A DNA stretch of 55,145 bases, filler included, from Sphacelaria rigidula (GCA_964200075.2; 6 parts of 6 records of this genome joined end to end with filler, not necessarily neighbours in it), one strand, 5' to 3'; counted from the first letter of the whole stretch, positions 36,733 through 48,838 are shown. The notes: generated from the sequence alone by a model not told the origin. Program-made: numbers and translations.

Positions 36733-36832
36733 NNNNNNNNNNNNNNNNNNNNNNNNNNNNNNNNNNNNNNNNNNNNTTAATTAATTAANNNNNNNNNNNN
36801 NNNNNNNNNNNNNNNNNNNNNNNNNNNNNNNN
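36733..36832. other. Artificial contig spacer
   Basis: N44-TTAATTAATTAA-N44. Confidence 0.98.
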
Positions 36833-37287
36833 CCCGGCTGATGCGCCCACATATCCCGAAAAAGGGTAGACTGGCGCCCAGAATAAATGTGAGGACAACA
36901 CACACACGACTGAGAGTAAGGAGCGGTCACTTGACGAATCAAATAGTTTCAGATGCGCTTTCTGCAGTAGCTTGCCACTGAGGCGTTCGATATCCCTGAG
37001 TAAGATACCGACGTGCAGCTGTAAGCATACGACGATGTTACAGGCAAAGAAGAGCACACAAAATATGAAAAAGTAGTCAAGTAGTGATGAAAGTAAGTAT
37101 CAATCAACGCAAGACTCTCGATCTCACGAAAACATTCATTGATTGATTGATCGATTATCGCACATTAGCTGATTGCAACAATCCAGCCCTTGATCAGGAG
37201 CAGCAAAGAAAAAAAACAGAAAAAGGAAGAAAGAAGGAAGGGAACCGAGGAAGACAGAAACAGCCACAGAAAGGAAAGAAGAAAGGG

Positions 37288-37390
37288 AGCAGCGACAACA
37301 ACAAAGACAGCAGCAATGACAACAACAAAGACAGCAGCAATGACAACAACAAAGACAGCAGCAATGACAACAACAACAAACAGCACAACA
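37288..37390. repeat. 24-bp minisatellite (GACAACAACAAAGACAGCAGCAAT), ~4 units
   Basis: Direct tandem repeat visible in the sequence. Confidence 0.9.
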
Positions 37391-37619
37391 AGATGATCAT
37401 CTCGCATTACGTAGCTGATTGCAACACTCCAGCCCGTAATCAGAAAAAAAAAATGGAGAAAATGAAAGAAAAAAACAAAATAAATAAAACGTAGAGAAAG
37501 GAGACAAGAAGACAGAGCCGGGCTCGTTTCCGGACGGGGGGTCTGCACAGACTAAACAAAGACCACACAAGAAACCATCTGGACCAAGAGATGAAAAAAT
37601 CAGAGATAAGAACAAAACA

Positions 37620-38928
37620 CAATGCTCTACGTATTTGGCGTAGGCTATGATGAGTTGCTGTTGGTACTGTCGGTCCCAGGTGCTGTCGGTGCATCTTGGC
37701 CTGCAGCTCTCGCGGGCCGTATCGCTGCCTCTGCTTCATCCTTTTGGCACCAGTCTGCATTAACTTTTCTGCTCCCTGTTCAACACAGCTGTGCCACTCT
37801 ACTGCATTTAAGGCTCTGGTAGTCCATCCCTGCCATTCGATACCGGACGCCCTCATGCCTTCCGCTAGGCAGCGGATCTGGTCCTTGTGCCTGCCGATAA
37901 ATTCTCCTTGTTGCCCCTTCACGGCTATGATTTCACCGAATATAATGTGTTTCGGTATCAGTCCGGGTGACATGCGCGTGACAAAACCGGCGAAGTGGCG
38001 TCTCCTCTTTCTCACCGTCGTCTCGATGCTTTCGCACCCTGTCCTCGCGAGGGTCTCTCGGTATGACAGAACGTGATCTGTGTGATTGCGCGTGTGCCAT
38101 CCAAGACAGGGCCTGAGCAACGCACGGTGGACCGTGCGCAGTAGATTGTAGTGAGCGATGAGAGGGGTCCATGTGACGTACCCGTACAGGAGCGCCTCGG
38201 CAGCCTCGGTCGATTGTAGAGTTTCACTTTGTACTGGTGGTAGTTCGACCATGCCCGTTGTGCATGCTTTTTTATTTCCACCGAGAGATCGCCGCTCTCC
38301 GTGGTTGACCCCCCCCAGGTAAACAAAGTTATCTGTTTGTTTGTATACCTGACCAGCCGCGTTGATGTCGAGGTGCCCCGCCTGTAAGTGCAGTCGCATA
38401 GTCTTCGTCTTCGCTTCCGACACAGTCAACCCAAGCTCTCCGCAGATTGTCACAGTCATCGGCGTACAACATACTCCATGAGGACCGTACCGCTTCCACC
38501 GCGATTGTTGTGACCACGTCTGGCTCGTCCCATGCTACTGCACATTCTCGTTAGATATCTCCCTTTTCGCGCTTTCGGACTCGCAGCAGGTCACCCGAGA
38601 TGACGGGGTCATCGCGGAAGGTTGCCAGAGCCACCGTGAGCACTGCCGTGAAGAAAATGTTCACGGGTCGAACGAATTAATGATTCGTCTGGAAATTAGT
38701 TGATTCTAGTGTGATTGATTCGTACGGTACGAATCAATCCTTAGGCTTTGTTTTCATAACCCAGGTACGCGCAGCCCAGGCACGTTGAATGGCGCAAAAA
38801 TGGCGTGGATACTTTTTTGACCGGCGGTAAATTTTTTTCCCTTTGTTGAGCAATCAGACCTGAAAAATCGCGGATTTGGTGATTCAAACGGGGGATGATT
38901 CGTCCGAACCGTGAAATGTTGAACAGTA
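37620..38928 (-). pseudogene. 5'-truncated, degenerate RTE-type LINE reverse transcriptase (RT 3' half and C-terminus), inside the probable Tim10 intron
   Basis: LFNIFFTAVL, SMLYADD, GLTVSEAKTKTM, FVYLGG, EALLYG..TW, SYRETLARTGCESIETTVRKRR..FAGFVTRM motifs; frameshifts and stops; interrupted by the MITE at 38662-38913. Confidence 0.9.
38662..38913. mobile_element. 252-bp MITE with 7-bp TSD inserted in the LINE RT
   Basis: Ends CACGGGTCGAACGAAT / ATTCGTCCGAACCGTG; AAATGTT duplicated at 38655-38661 and 38914-38920. Confidence 0.8.
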
Positions 38929-39666
38929 CATTGTTTTATGTGTACGCCAAGAGTCTATTATCGACCCCTTGAGGAGTGAAAAGAGTGCGATAGCGGATAC
39001 TGTACCACCATGTGGAGGGGTAATTTCCCACAGGTGTCTGTCGAGGTCTCATGACCTCTTCACATTGGCAACGTCATGGAATGACTCTGTATGCTTCCTA
39101 TGCAGAAGGTCAGCTCCGGAGTTCGAGTGCCGGCTCCGATCAAGGCGATAAACGAAAAAAAAACTCGATTTTAAGTATTCAACAATTGAACGTAATTTTT
39201 GGGAACAAGGAAACTGGTGGGTGGCTAACGAGCAGAGTTTACAAACTCATGGAAAATTATTCTCCGGAGATTGTTGGCTTGGCAACCCAACACGCGCAAG
39301 AGGTTCGTGAAGAAAGGTGCACATGTCCGGACCGCCAACCGGCGAAAAAATGTGTGCCTCTGCGACCCTCATCCCGTGAAAGACACGAAGAGGCTTATGA
39401 GCGGGGCAGGGGAGTTGACGGGGTTGACGGCCACGGGGTAAATTCACACCGGTGACCATCGAGACCCTATTAGCTTTTCAGAGAGAGCCTCGTTTTCAAA
39501 CAGTTTTGTCCTCGACAAGATTGTGGACGAGTTGGATACCCACAGCGGTTGTTGAACTTCGCTGCTCGTTCTGTGCCTTTGAGAGTCAAAGTTTCATCAA
39601 ATCGAAGGCTTTTGTGTGGTAGACCAAATGTCATACAATATCATACAAATCGTGTGTGAACTGTCG

Positions 39667-40035
39667 GTCGCCACGGTGGCTCAGTTGGTTACCTGGAATC
39701 CTTTTGACGGTTGGGTCATGGTTTCGAATCTCGGTGGAAGTCGCACGATCTGGAACTTTTTCTCACACAATGCCCAACAGTGGAGAGCGACTATGTCGTG
39801 TCGTGGGTACACAAAGTTTGACTTCACGGTCGACGAGGGAAAGGGACTGCTGAACCCTCCTTGCGATTAGAAGTAAGGCGAGCACCGCAAAAGGAAGGTA
39901 GAGTAGTAAAACAAGATATAGAACAAGAAACTCCTGTGTTGGTCTTCCTCCTGTGTGACCCCGGCTGACGCGCCCACATATACCGAAAGGTGTAGACTGG
40001 CTTCCTGACTACTTGGGATGACAGCACGCACACAA
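39667..40035 (+). mobile_element. Full-length tRNA-headed SINE, family B
   Basis: A box TGGCTCAGTTGG (39677-39688), B-box-like GGTTTCGAATC (39720-39730), CA-rich tail; 5'-truncated copies at ~13683-13810(-), ~18243-18317(-), ~36833-36908(+), ~47845-48083(-), ~54885-54950(-). Confidence 0.8.
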
Positions 40036-40442
40036 TGCCTGCCCCGTATCAGACGGTTTCTGTGTGATGGCGAGTTTAGTCTTGATTTTTTCGGCGGGAA
40101 ATGTTGTACCCCTGCGCGATTTCCGCCACGACGTTGTGCTTGCCTTGTTCCGAGCGTCAAATGGATAGTTCGTATACCTCGCCTAGTCCTTGTACATGAA
40201 TGGCGATAAGCATTGCGAAGCACTGGTGCGCTCCTCCGTGAAACAACTCGTACATGATTATATTTCCACTGGTGTACCCATTTGCTGTGTTAAGTTCAGG
40301 CCAGGGATGTCATTGATATGTTCGTGAATAAAAGTTGCCACATGCAGTGAGAACAACATGTCCGCAGTCTGGTTACACGGCTTCTTATAGCCCAACACTC
40401 GCCAACGACGAGCCCCGTTCCCACCAACACCCACTTGTTCAG

Positions 40443-41415
40443 GATGAGTAATATGTGCTTCCAGAAGTGCGTGCTGAAGATGTCCGGGGAGTCGGACTTG
40501 AATGTGGGGGAAATGACATGCGTCGATCGCTGCGTGAGCAAGTATATGGAGGCCCAAGACAAGGTGTGCTGTCAGCGAAACTGGAGGCGTGTTGTGCATA
40601 GTGTGTGTGAGCGTCTCGAGGCAATCTTATACGAGCGCGACATTTGGAGCCGTGTGCTCGCCATAGTGCATATTCGCCGAGGTTGGAGGAAGGAGCAACG
40701 TATTAAAGAAGGAATCCGCTGTTTTGTGTGGGTAGAGCTCGCACTAGAGCCGCTGTAAGTCAACAACTGTCCATCAACGTAACAGCAAGCTCTCAGAAGC
40801 GCATGCTTGGACGTACGTCTGACGTCTGGCCGCTGCTTGCAGCGCAAAAGCCACGGCGTGGCGCGTCAACTCTGTTTTTGTTGACAAGCCAGCACTATGG
40901 CGTTGTCGCCCACCACCCTGTCGCGTTGTTGTGGACTGTACAGTACAGAGCCTTTGCCGTCGTTGAAGAGCTCGACATACCTCATCTTTTCACCCCGGCA
41001 GCGTGCGAACGATTGATTTTTCATATATCAGGTCAGCCATACTGATATCATTTAGCTTACTGATGGGGGAGTGGGAGGCTGAATACTTACTGTGCTTTCT
41101 CATGGGATACAGTCAATTTGTATCTTCTGTCGTATTTATAAGGCATCGTCCGTCGGCAAAACGGTTACATTGGGTATATGGGGAAAGGGAAGGGAGCAAA
41201 AATCCTCGTTACTGTGCTTCTTTTGTGTCACACGAGTGTGTTTTGGAACTTTCTTGTGCACACGACGCTTAATGCTTCTGTTCCTCTTTCTCCCACTCCG
41301 TCCACACTTATGTACGTCCCAGGTGGGGACGGTTCTCAAGAACGCAGAGCAGAGCCTAGCAGGACAACAAGCAGGCGCAGCGGGTGCCGTAGGCGCTGTT
41401 GCACCAAGAAGATAG
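40443..41415 (+). CDS. TIM10: Mitochondrial import inner membrane translocase subunit Tim10, last two exons (40443-40563, 41323-41415)
   Basis: Twin CX3C motif MSNMCFQKC...ESDLNVGEMTCVDRCVSKYMEAQDK|VGTVLKNAEQ...*; canonical AG/GT sites with a phase-0 join; first exon not found in this contig. Confidence 0.9.
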
Positions 41416-44400
41416 CTCTGTCTCTCGCTTCAAGTTTGAAAACGGTTATTTTCATTTGTATACCAAGGGGGGTCGTATAATATTTCTCGGCCACCACAGG
41501 TCATGCTTCCAGGATCATCCCAAAACAGCTCCCAGGGAGGGGGAGGGGGGGGGTGTACTCATGATCTTGCATGTCGTAGTCGTAAGACCATTGACCTCGC
41601 ATCCCTACAAAGCCGGAGTGGAGGGCGCCGGGTTTTCGCCGGACCAGGTTCGCCATCACCAAGCGCGCAGCGCCGTCATGTGTTCGGCGAATCGCATGAA
41701 GGGTGGACTGCATCATCCTGCTAAGACTGTTCGGCCCGGAGCGTACTGAGCATCTTGCGCATGGATGGCAGCCTGCAATGAGTTGCTTGATTTTCTGCTG
41801 TCGCCACTTCCAGAGACAGCCACGGGTTCCACACCGGGGGGGGATGCGGGAAGACTCGAACCATGAAAAACAAGTTTTCGCGAGATTTAGACTCTATCGT
41901 TAATTGAGGGTGCGTTTTTCAGAACGCTCTTGCTTGACCATTCTCTCAGTTCGTGTGTAGTTTTCTTTGCCTGTGACACTGTCGTGTGCTGAGAGCTATA
42001 CGTCGATATTCTACTCAGACTTCAATGACGAGCTACTGCAGAAAGCGTATCGGGCCTCGTGCAAGGCCCGGAGGGGCATTTCAGAACTGAAACTAATTTA
42101 TTTATTGACCGCTCCTCATTCTCAATCGTATCCTAGACTCTTGAACGTCATGAAAACATTCTTGAAGGTTGACATGAAAATGAAACCTAATTGCGATAGA
42201 GGAATCTCGAAACAATTTCACGCGCGATTTCAAGCCTCTGACGACAAGAGAAATATTAGGCCACCTGCTGGATGGGAGTCACTGAATCATTTTCATTTGA
42301 AAAATGAATGTAACACCCAGGTAACCTACCCTGGCGGTCAAAGGGTCATCAACCCCTCCAAGTAGGAAGCAGCCCACATGTGTCCAGGTATACCAACGCA
42401 CCGCTCTTGCCTTGACTAATCCATATTGATCCTGCAATAAATATCACAAACTCTCTGTGGTCAGAGGGTTATAGGGGACTCAGAGGTCAACTTTTTAATT
42501 TCTTGGTCACTGACATCGAATACATCAAGTCAGGATTGACTGGCCATCCGGAGTAGTATCGGAATGGTATTGATCGCGGTTTCCTGTTTCATTCCAATAC
42601 AGTTCAACGCGAACGGGGTAACAATCAAAATACGGAAGCATTCAATGGTGACATGTCCACGACATGGAGGAAACAGGGACTAATTATAAGTGAAATATGA
42701 TCATCGGTACTTCCATACCGTCGGGAAAACATGAAAAAAGAGAGACGGCAAAACAAGTGAACTATCCCTTTGAATTTTCTGCCGTATAATAAAAACTAAC
42801 TAAACGGGCAATCATCAAGAAACACGGCGGTTATGTGCAAAAGCTACTGTTGTAGTTGTAATGAGTATGCACGGAGTGAGTGCTTGTACTTGTACGGCAC
42901 GTCGACCGGAGACGGGGCGGTACAGGAGCAATCCAACAGTGGCATTTTTGAGAGGCTCACTATTCTCACATGTGTGCAGCCGGAATTCCGGGAGCCCGGG
43001 TGACGGAATTCGACGACGACGGTAGAAATGGTTCATCACAAATGGTTCATCACAAGAGGAGCCATCGCCGAGACCTGGAGAGTTACTTATACTATGTACC
43101 TGGTACAAGTCGACTCAATCACCCATGCACCCAGGTCTCGGTCAATCCTTGCCTAAATAGATTGCATTGTAAACATGAGCTGCGTACAACATGGAATCTA
43201 GTGTCTATTGCAACAGAAGGCAATATATTACATCATGTAAGCAGTGTATTTTGACAAAGTAATATTTTGTTCAGGGTTCGTCCAGGGTGTGCTAGATAAC
43301 GAAAAGGCAAATACGTCTCGCTTTGGAGATCCTTTGGGAACATCCCACGACCCTAGCAAAATACCGCTTACGCAGCTAAACGACTAAATTATCTTGATAT
43401 TTCCTGTCCTCTTCTACAGACTAAACGGGCAATCAGCCGTGGTCGACGTGCACAACAGTAAGAAACAATGACAAATATACAGTTTTAACGATGTCAAACC
43501 CTCACCTTGGGAACAGACTCTACATCGACTGCTGCGGTAGTGAGGTTGCCATCTACATATCTCCTTTAAAACCTCGCCAACAATCCATCAAAGACCCAGC
43601 TGCAAAAATCGAAAACATCACGATAACGGGGACCTGGTTTGATCAGGTGCATGGAACAACATACTGTGCACCTCTAATTACAAACTCATCCGCAACTCCG
43701 TAGAATCACCACGTGTACGCAAGACTGCTGTCCATCTGAGGTCCGTGGCAACTCACATTCTCAAAATACACATACGATACTTGATACGAGATACTCGGCA
43801 CGAATGTATACGACCTGCTCGACGCACCGTATTACGTACTTGCATACAGCCGCAGCATGCCACAAACTCTCAAAGTCTACAGTATCATTGCCGGAGATGG
43901 ATGTGGAATTCGAACACGGAAATACGAAGGCTCACTGCCCAACCTGCCCCTGTACTGTTGCTTTCCTTTCAATGATCGTCTTTTTGTGCTCGAGCTCCTC
44001 TCGTCTTCTAGTGGAACTTGAGTGATTGCCTCCCATGCCCATGTATGTTCTTGATGTGCAGCCAAAACAAGTGCTTGAACAACGAGATGCAACCTAGCAC
44101 AAGTCGGTCATACGGCCGCTTAGAGCCGAGGAAAGAAAACATTAACGATCATAAAATTGATCAAAACCGGCTTGCGGCCGTGTTTATTTACAGATGACAA
44201 AGCAAAATAATATCGAAACGTAATCATGAGCAAGCAGCAGTAGCTGGAACCTCGCAAGTTGCTCCATGCCCTGGTAGTTGAAGGCCCTCCGTTTCTTTTC
44301 ACAAAGGGTACATGCATGTAGTGTAGAGCTCCGTGTAGTAGGTAACCACCGCCTCGGATCCAAAATAGTTGATTCTGAGCCCCATCTTCTTTTCAAGATG

Positions 44401-45939
44401 GTCCTCCACCGAAAACAACTACGCCACACCTTCTTCCGAACTGAGGTAAAAGCTCCTTACACGAAGACACCAACACCCCCGCGTTCATGTGCCAGGGTGG
44501 TCCACACAAGGGAGGCACCGATGCCCCTTCCATCCCACGGATGAATCAGCTATGTTTCTCTGGGAGAGCGCCAGCCCCTCACACGTTCTTGGAACACTTC
44601 GACAATCGCAACAGCACTTTCCGTAACAAGCGGCCTTGGCCATGCGTCCGAGTTGATCTTGGGCTTTGATGGACTAACGCAGACCACCTGCTTGGCACTA
44701 CTGCTGCTCTGACGGCCTCCTCAGAACCAGTTCTTGATCGTGCGATACAGGCGCCGGGCTTGGTTATAGTAGCGACGGTAGCGCATTCCACGTGGCACAG
44801 GGAACCTCATCGTGGTAGAGTCCGCGTGCAGGTCAAGCAGGATGCTCCGAATGCCCTAGAACAATCGAACAATCAATTTACAAGATGTGCGGAGATAGTC
44901 CGCGCAAACATCCGAAGAAAATGTTAGGCCTATTACTGTTAATAATGCAACCCAAAGTAGTATGGTCGAAATAGATGAGCCGCAATCTGTTGCCACGAAT
45001 TTTTGCTCTGCACGTTTCGGTAGAGGGTGCATTTTTGCGCAAAACGTTTTCCACCGACGACGCCATGTGGCAGAGGTCGGCCATTTCTGAATGCATACTC
45101 GTACATTTCTTGTCTTCGCTTGTTTCTTCTCTATTTTTCTCTTTTCTTCAGTCTACTACTCTGTTTGTCTCTTCTTTTCTGTTTCCTTCACTTTTCTTGA
45201 GCGAGTGTTTCCGTTTTCTTCTCATCTCGGGTACGTTTATGATAGGACCACGTCTGGATCCCTGGGGAATCAGTTGACCCTTTGACAACGAACCCCCCGC
45301 AGGTGGGCTGAGATGGACTATGTCATATTTGGGGTTCATAACGGCTCTTTTCTCGCTACGAGCTGGGTCAGTCCAAAAACGGATTTAAGCTCTAAAAGCA
45401 ATATCTCATCGACACAGACGAGTTGGGCCGTGATCCGCGTATTATCGTATTAATCGTCTAATCAAGGGGAAATAGCGCCAATACTAAAATCTCTATGAAA
45501 CTCCCGATCGATGTATTTAGCGGATGGCGACGGATTTTGGTGTGGAGAAACACAAAAGAGTGCAGAATTAAAAAAAAATGACTCTTCCATTTTTTTTTTG
45601 TCATTGAGGTTAGGGCGTTCTCGTGAAATATGGTCTTTACCATAGTAGAACGCCCTAAACCACTGAGAAAAATTGAAAGAAATTAACCTGACCCACTTTC
45701 TTTTGTTAATTATGCCTTACAGAGCGCCCACACAAGATTTCAATACACAAATACCAAAGGTCGGCCGGTAAATGGCCTGCAAAATACTGTTCCGAATTTC
45801 TTCTGACCCTGTCACTAAACGGCCCATTATACGGCCAATACTTGGAGCTGGACCCTGAAATTTGGTATGGACAACGAGTAGGGCATAATAAAAAAATTAC
45901 TGACGTACACAAGGGATTTTTTTTTTCATGAGTTAGGCC

Positions 45940-46039
45940 NNNNNNNNNNNNNNNNNNNNNNNNNNNNNNNNNNNNNNNNNNNNTTAATTAATTAANNNNN
46001 NNNNNNNNNNNNNNNNNNNNNNNNNNNNNNNNNNNNNNN
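45940..46039. other. Artificial contig spacer
   Basis: N44-TTAATTAATTAA-N44. Confidence 0.98.
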
Positions 46040-46281
46040 CACACACACACACACACACACACACATTTGCAAGATAATCAGTATGCTTCGGGCGGAACAA
46101 TCTTGGCAGGATGCAGCTCACCCTTCATGCGACTCGCCGAAGATATCCCGGCGCTTTTGCTTGTGTTGATTGACTGCGTGCCTGGTCTGGCGAAAGCCGG
46201 GCGTGCTCCGTCCCGACTTGATATGACTACGGCACGCAATTCATGAGTACACTCCCCCGACCCCCCCCCCCTCCCCCATGA

Positions 46282-46620
46282 GAGCATGAACGATACAAGG
46301 AGGAACGAGACGTGCAAGAGGGGGAAATGCGGGACGTGAACGAAGGTGGCATGAAATCGCTTGATGCGCTAGACAGTGGAGAAAACGGTGGCTAAACTAG
46401 AAGGTAGATGTTGGCCACAGACGGCGAAACAGGACGGGGATAAGATATGCAAGAGGTTCTTGTGTAATGTACGGGAGAAACGTGATGAGCACCCAAATGT
46501 TGGAGGTGTCTTCATTAGGAGTAGCAACGGTGCTCCATCTCGAAAGGGATGCATGGTCAATGGTCAAACGACTAAGGCAAGCAACAAATAAGTACGCCCG
46601 CCCCACTCGCCACCCCCCCC
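46282..46620 (+). mobile_element. Longest 3' fragment of the C-tailed LINE-like element (ORF2-like C-terminus)
   Basis: Reads EHERYKEERDVQEGEMR.../EKTVAKLEGRCWPQTAKQDGDKICKRFLCNVREKR...GAPSRKGCMVNGQTTKASNK* with one frameshift, then GTACG and a C tract. Confidence 0.65.
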
Positions 46621-47029
46621 TGCGAGGTCAATGGTCTCACGATCATGGCATTCATGATCATGAGTACACTCCCCTCCCAACATTTTCACGTTGATTCCAT
46701 TCGTCTTGTACTGCGGTGCCTGAAGATTTAACGGGACGGTCTCGATAGAGGTGCAGGTGTAAAATATCCGATATGCGGCGAGATGAGGCTGTTGTGGTCG
46801 TTATATCATTGTAGGACGTTCGCGTCGAGGTCAGAGTGCTTGAAACGTTTTGGGGGGGATGACTGACTGGGGCCTCTCCCTGACAACTTGCCTCGACGAA
46901 AAACAGCGTACTCGTGGGACAGCTCTTGAGCGACCTCAATGTCACTTGTTATCAGTGTACTGATCCTGAGTCATGAGCTAGCTTGTTTGGCCCCTTGTAC
47001 CAATTTCTTGACTACAGCGCTGGACGTTA

Positions 47030-47393
47030 AGCACGCGGAGTAGCCAAAGATACTGTACTGCTGCTTCTCGGGCCCCGCTATTTTTTTTTTTTTCATCATT
47101 TGTCGCACTTTGAACCCCTTCCTTCTTTCCCCGGGAGGAGCCCTTGCTCTCATTGGATCAACTCCTCTCTCCCCGGTACACGCCTTGCACTTCGGTCTCG
47201 CAGATTAGGTCGGCACCCCCGCACCGCGTCGACTCACGTCAAACAAACTCAGTCGACTGCTACTTTGTTTACTCACGTTCTCACGCTTTCCGCGGTGGAA
47301 ATGAAATATTACGAAGAAAAAACCCAACGCATCGGGAATCGAACCCTCTCCACCCTGATGGCGACAGTCGGACCACTACACCACCGGGGCGCC
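47030..47393 (-). mobile_element. tRNA-headed SINE, family C (intronic, antisense to NAT10)
   Basis: Minus strand begins GGCGCCCCGGTGGTGTAGTGGTC (A box) ... GGTTCGATTCCC (B box); body homologous to 29670-29950. Confidence 0.75.
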
Positions 47394-48100
47394 TTTTACG
47401 TATTTTTTTTGTGTTGTAGGACAGCGGGTCTGAGAGTCCTCTTCGATCAGGTATTTTGGTAGCTCATGAGCTAGCTGTCCGATGTGTAAAACAGTCTCCG
47501 AAACTTTTTTTTTTACCCCGAAAAATATTTCGGTGGGTTTTACACCAAAATGAGGGCACGTGCACGCATGGTATTTGCCATCATTAAGTTGAGGAAGAAC
47601 CGCCGGTCGCTGTGCTGTCTGTTGTCTACAGCGATGTGCTGCTATATGTAGTGCCTTCCCCCGCACTTGTATGTACTCTGTACATTGGCCTGGCTTCGCT
47701 GCTGTTCTGGGTGTGCGTTTTGGTATGCTGCTCACCCTGAATAATGAATATTACGTAATCAAGAAGAGTGCTGTGTTCAGTATAAAATATATTTTCTGTT
47801 GAAATCACGTCAATAGTCGATACTGCACGCCAAACACTTTTTGACTGTGTTGCCGTCCCATCTATTCTGGACGCCGGTCGACACCTTTCGGTACTTGTGG
47901 GCGCACCAGCCGGGGTCACACAGGAGGAAGAAAGGCCAACATGAGAGTTTTTTTCGTTTTTGTTTCTTTTAGTTTTACACCGTCCTCCTGCGGTGCCTGC
48001 CTTTTTCATTTTATCGCGAGAGTGGTTCAGGAGTCCCTCTCCCTCGTCGATCATTAAGTCGAGATTTTGTGCACCCACGACATTTACCTACTTACCACAG

Positions 48101-48806
48101 GTTTTGGCACTGTTCAACAAGGCGGTGCGAAAGCTGTGCAGCTTCCTGACGGGAGTGGCGGAGAAGGCTGCGGCGGAGGAGATGGAGAGTCAACAGTCCA
48201 AGAAAAAGCGACTTGACACGATGAAGTGAGCTAGCATACCACGGTCAGATTTTTTTTCTCCTCCACTTTTTGTTTTTTCTTTCCTTCGTCATACGTTGAA
48301 TACCACCGCTCCATTTCCCCGGGACGACGGCGTAGTCTCGTAACGAGCCTATACTGGTTATTATCCCTAGGGGTCAAGGCGTCTCCTCTCCCCCACATAC
48401 ACCGCGCATTACGTTGTCTAGCATTGAAATCAACGCGTTGAATCAACACGCCTTCAGCCCGTCGTATTGTTTTTTTTCGAATCGGAAAACGTTTTTGTTT
48501 GCGCGACTCACTATTTCGCGTTTTGGAGCGGCTTGATTCAGAAAAAAACAGACTACTCCTGGGGTATGAACCCGCGAAGTCCGGCTAAGCGAGTGCTGTG
48601 GCGTGCCGCTTTGATCGTCTCGATATATGCTGAGCGATTCTCCGAAAAATCAAGTATATGTGCCCGTTGCTTGACCCAAAGCTGTTGTTGCCTTCTCTTT
48701 CTCTCTCTTTTTTTTTCTCTTTTTGTTGATGGAGTTCTACTGCTGCAGTAGGCGCTGCCTTGTCGATGTCCCGGTGCTTCAACGTCATTTGCCTCCCGTA
48801 CCCCCC

Positions 48807-48838
<32 letters not shown>

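Noticed and set aside
37147-37548. Lys/Asn-rich and hydrophobic ORFs on both strands
   Set aside because: They are produced by A-rich low-complexity sequence and a 24-bp minisatellite.
37440-38459. 339-aa ORF as an intact gene
   Set aside because: It is a mosaic of frames of a frameshifted RTE-type LINE running into low-complexity sequence.
39667-39745. Functional tRNA gene
   Set aside because: A/B boxes are present, but there is no convincing cloverleaf and it continues into a multi-copy SINE body; the same applies to the heads at ~29600 and ~47393.
47417-47450. Possible extra NAT10 micro-exon (AG...GATCAG|GT)
   Set aside because: The translation (TAGLRVLFDQ) does not resemble the NAT10 segment expected before VLALFNK.
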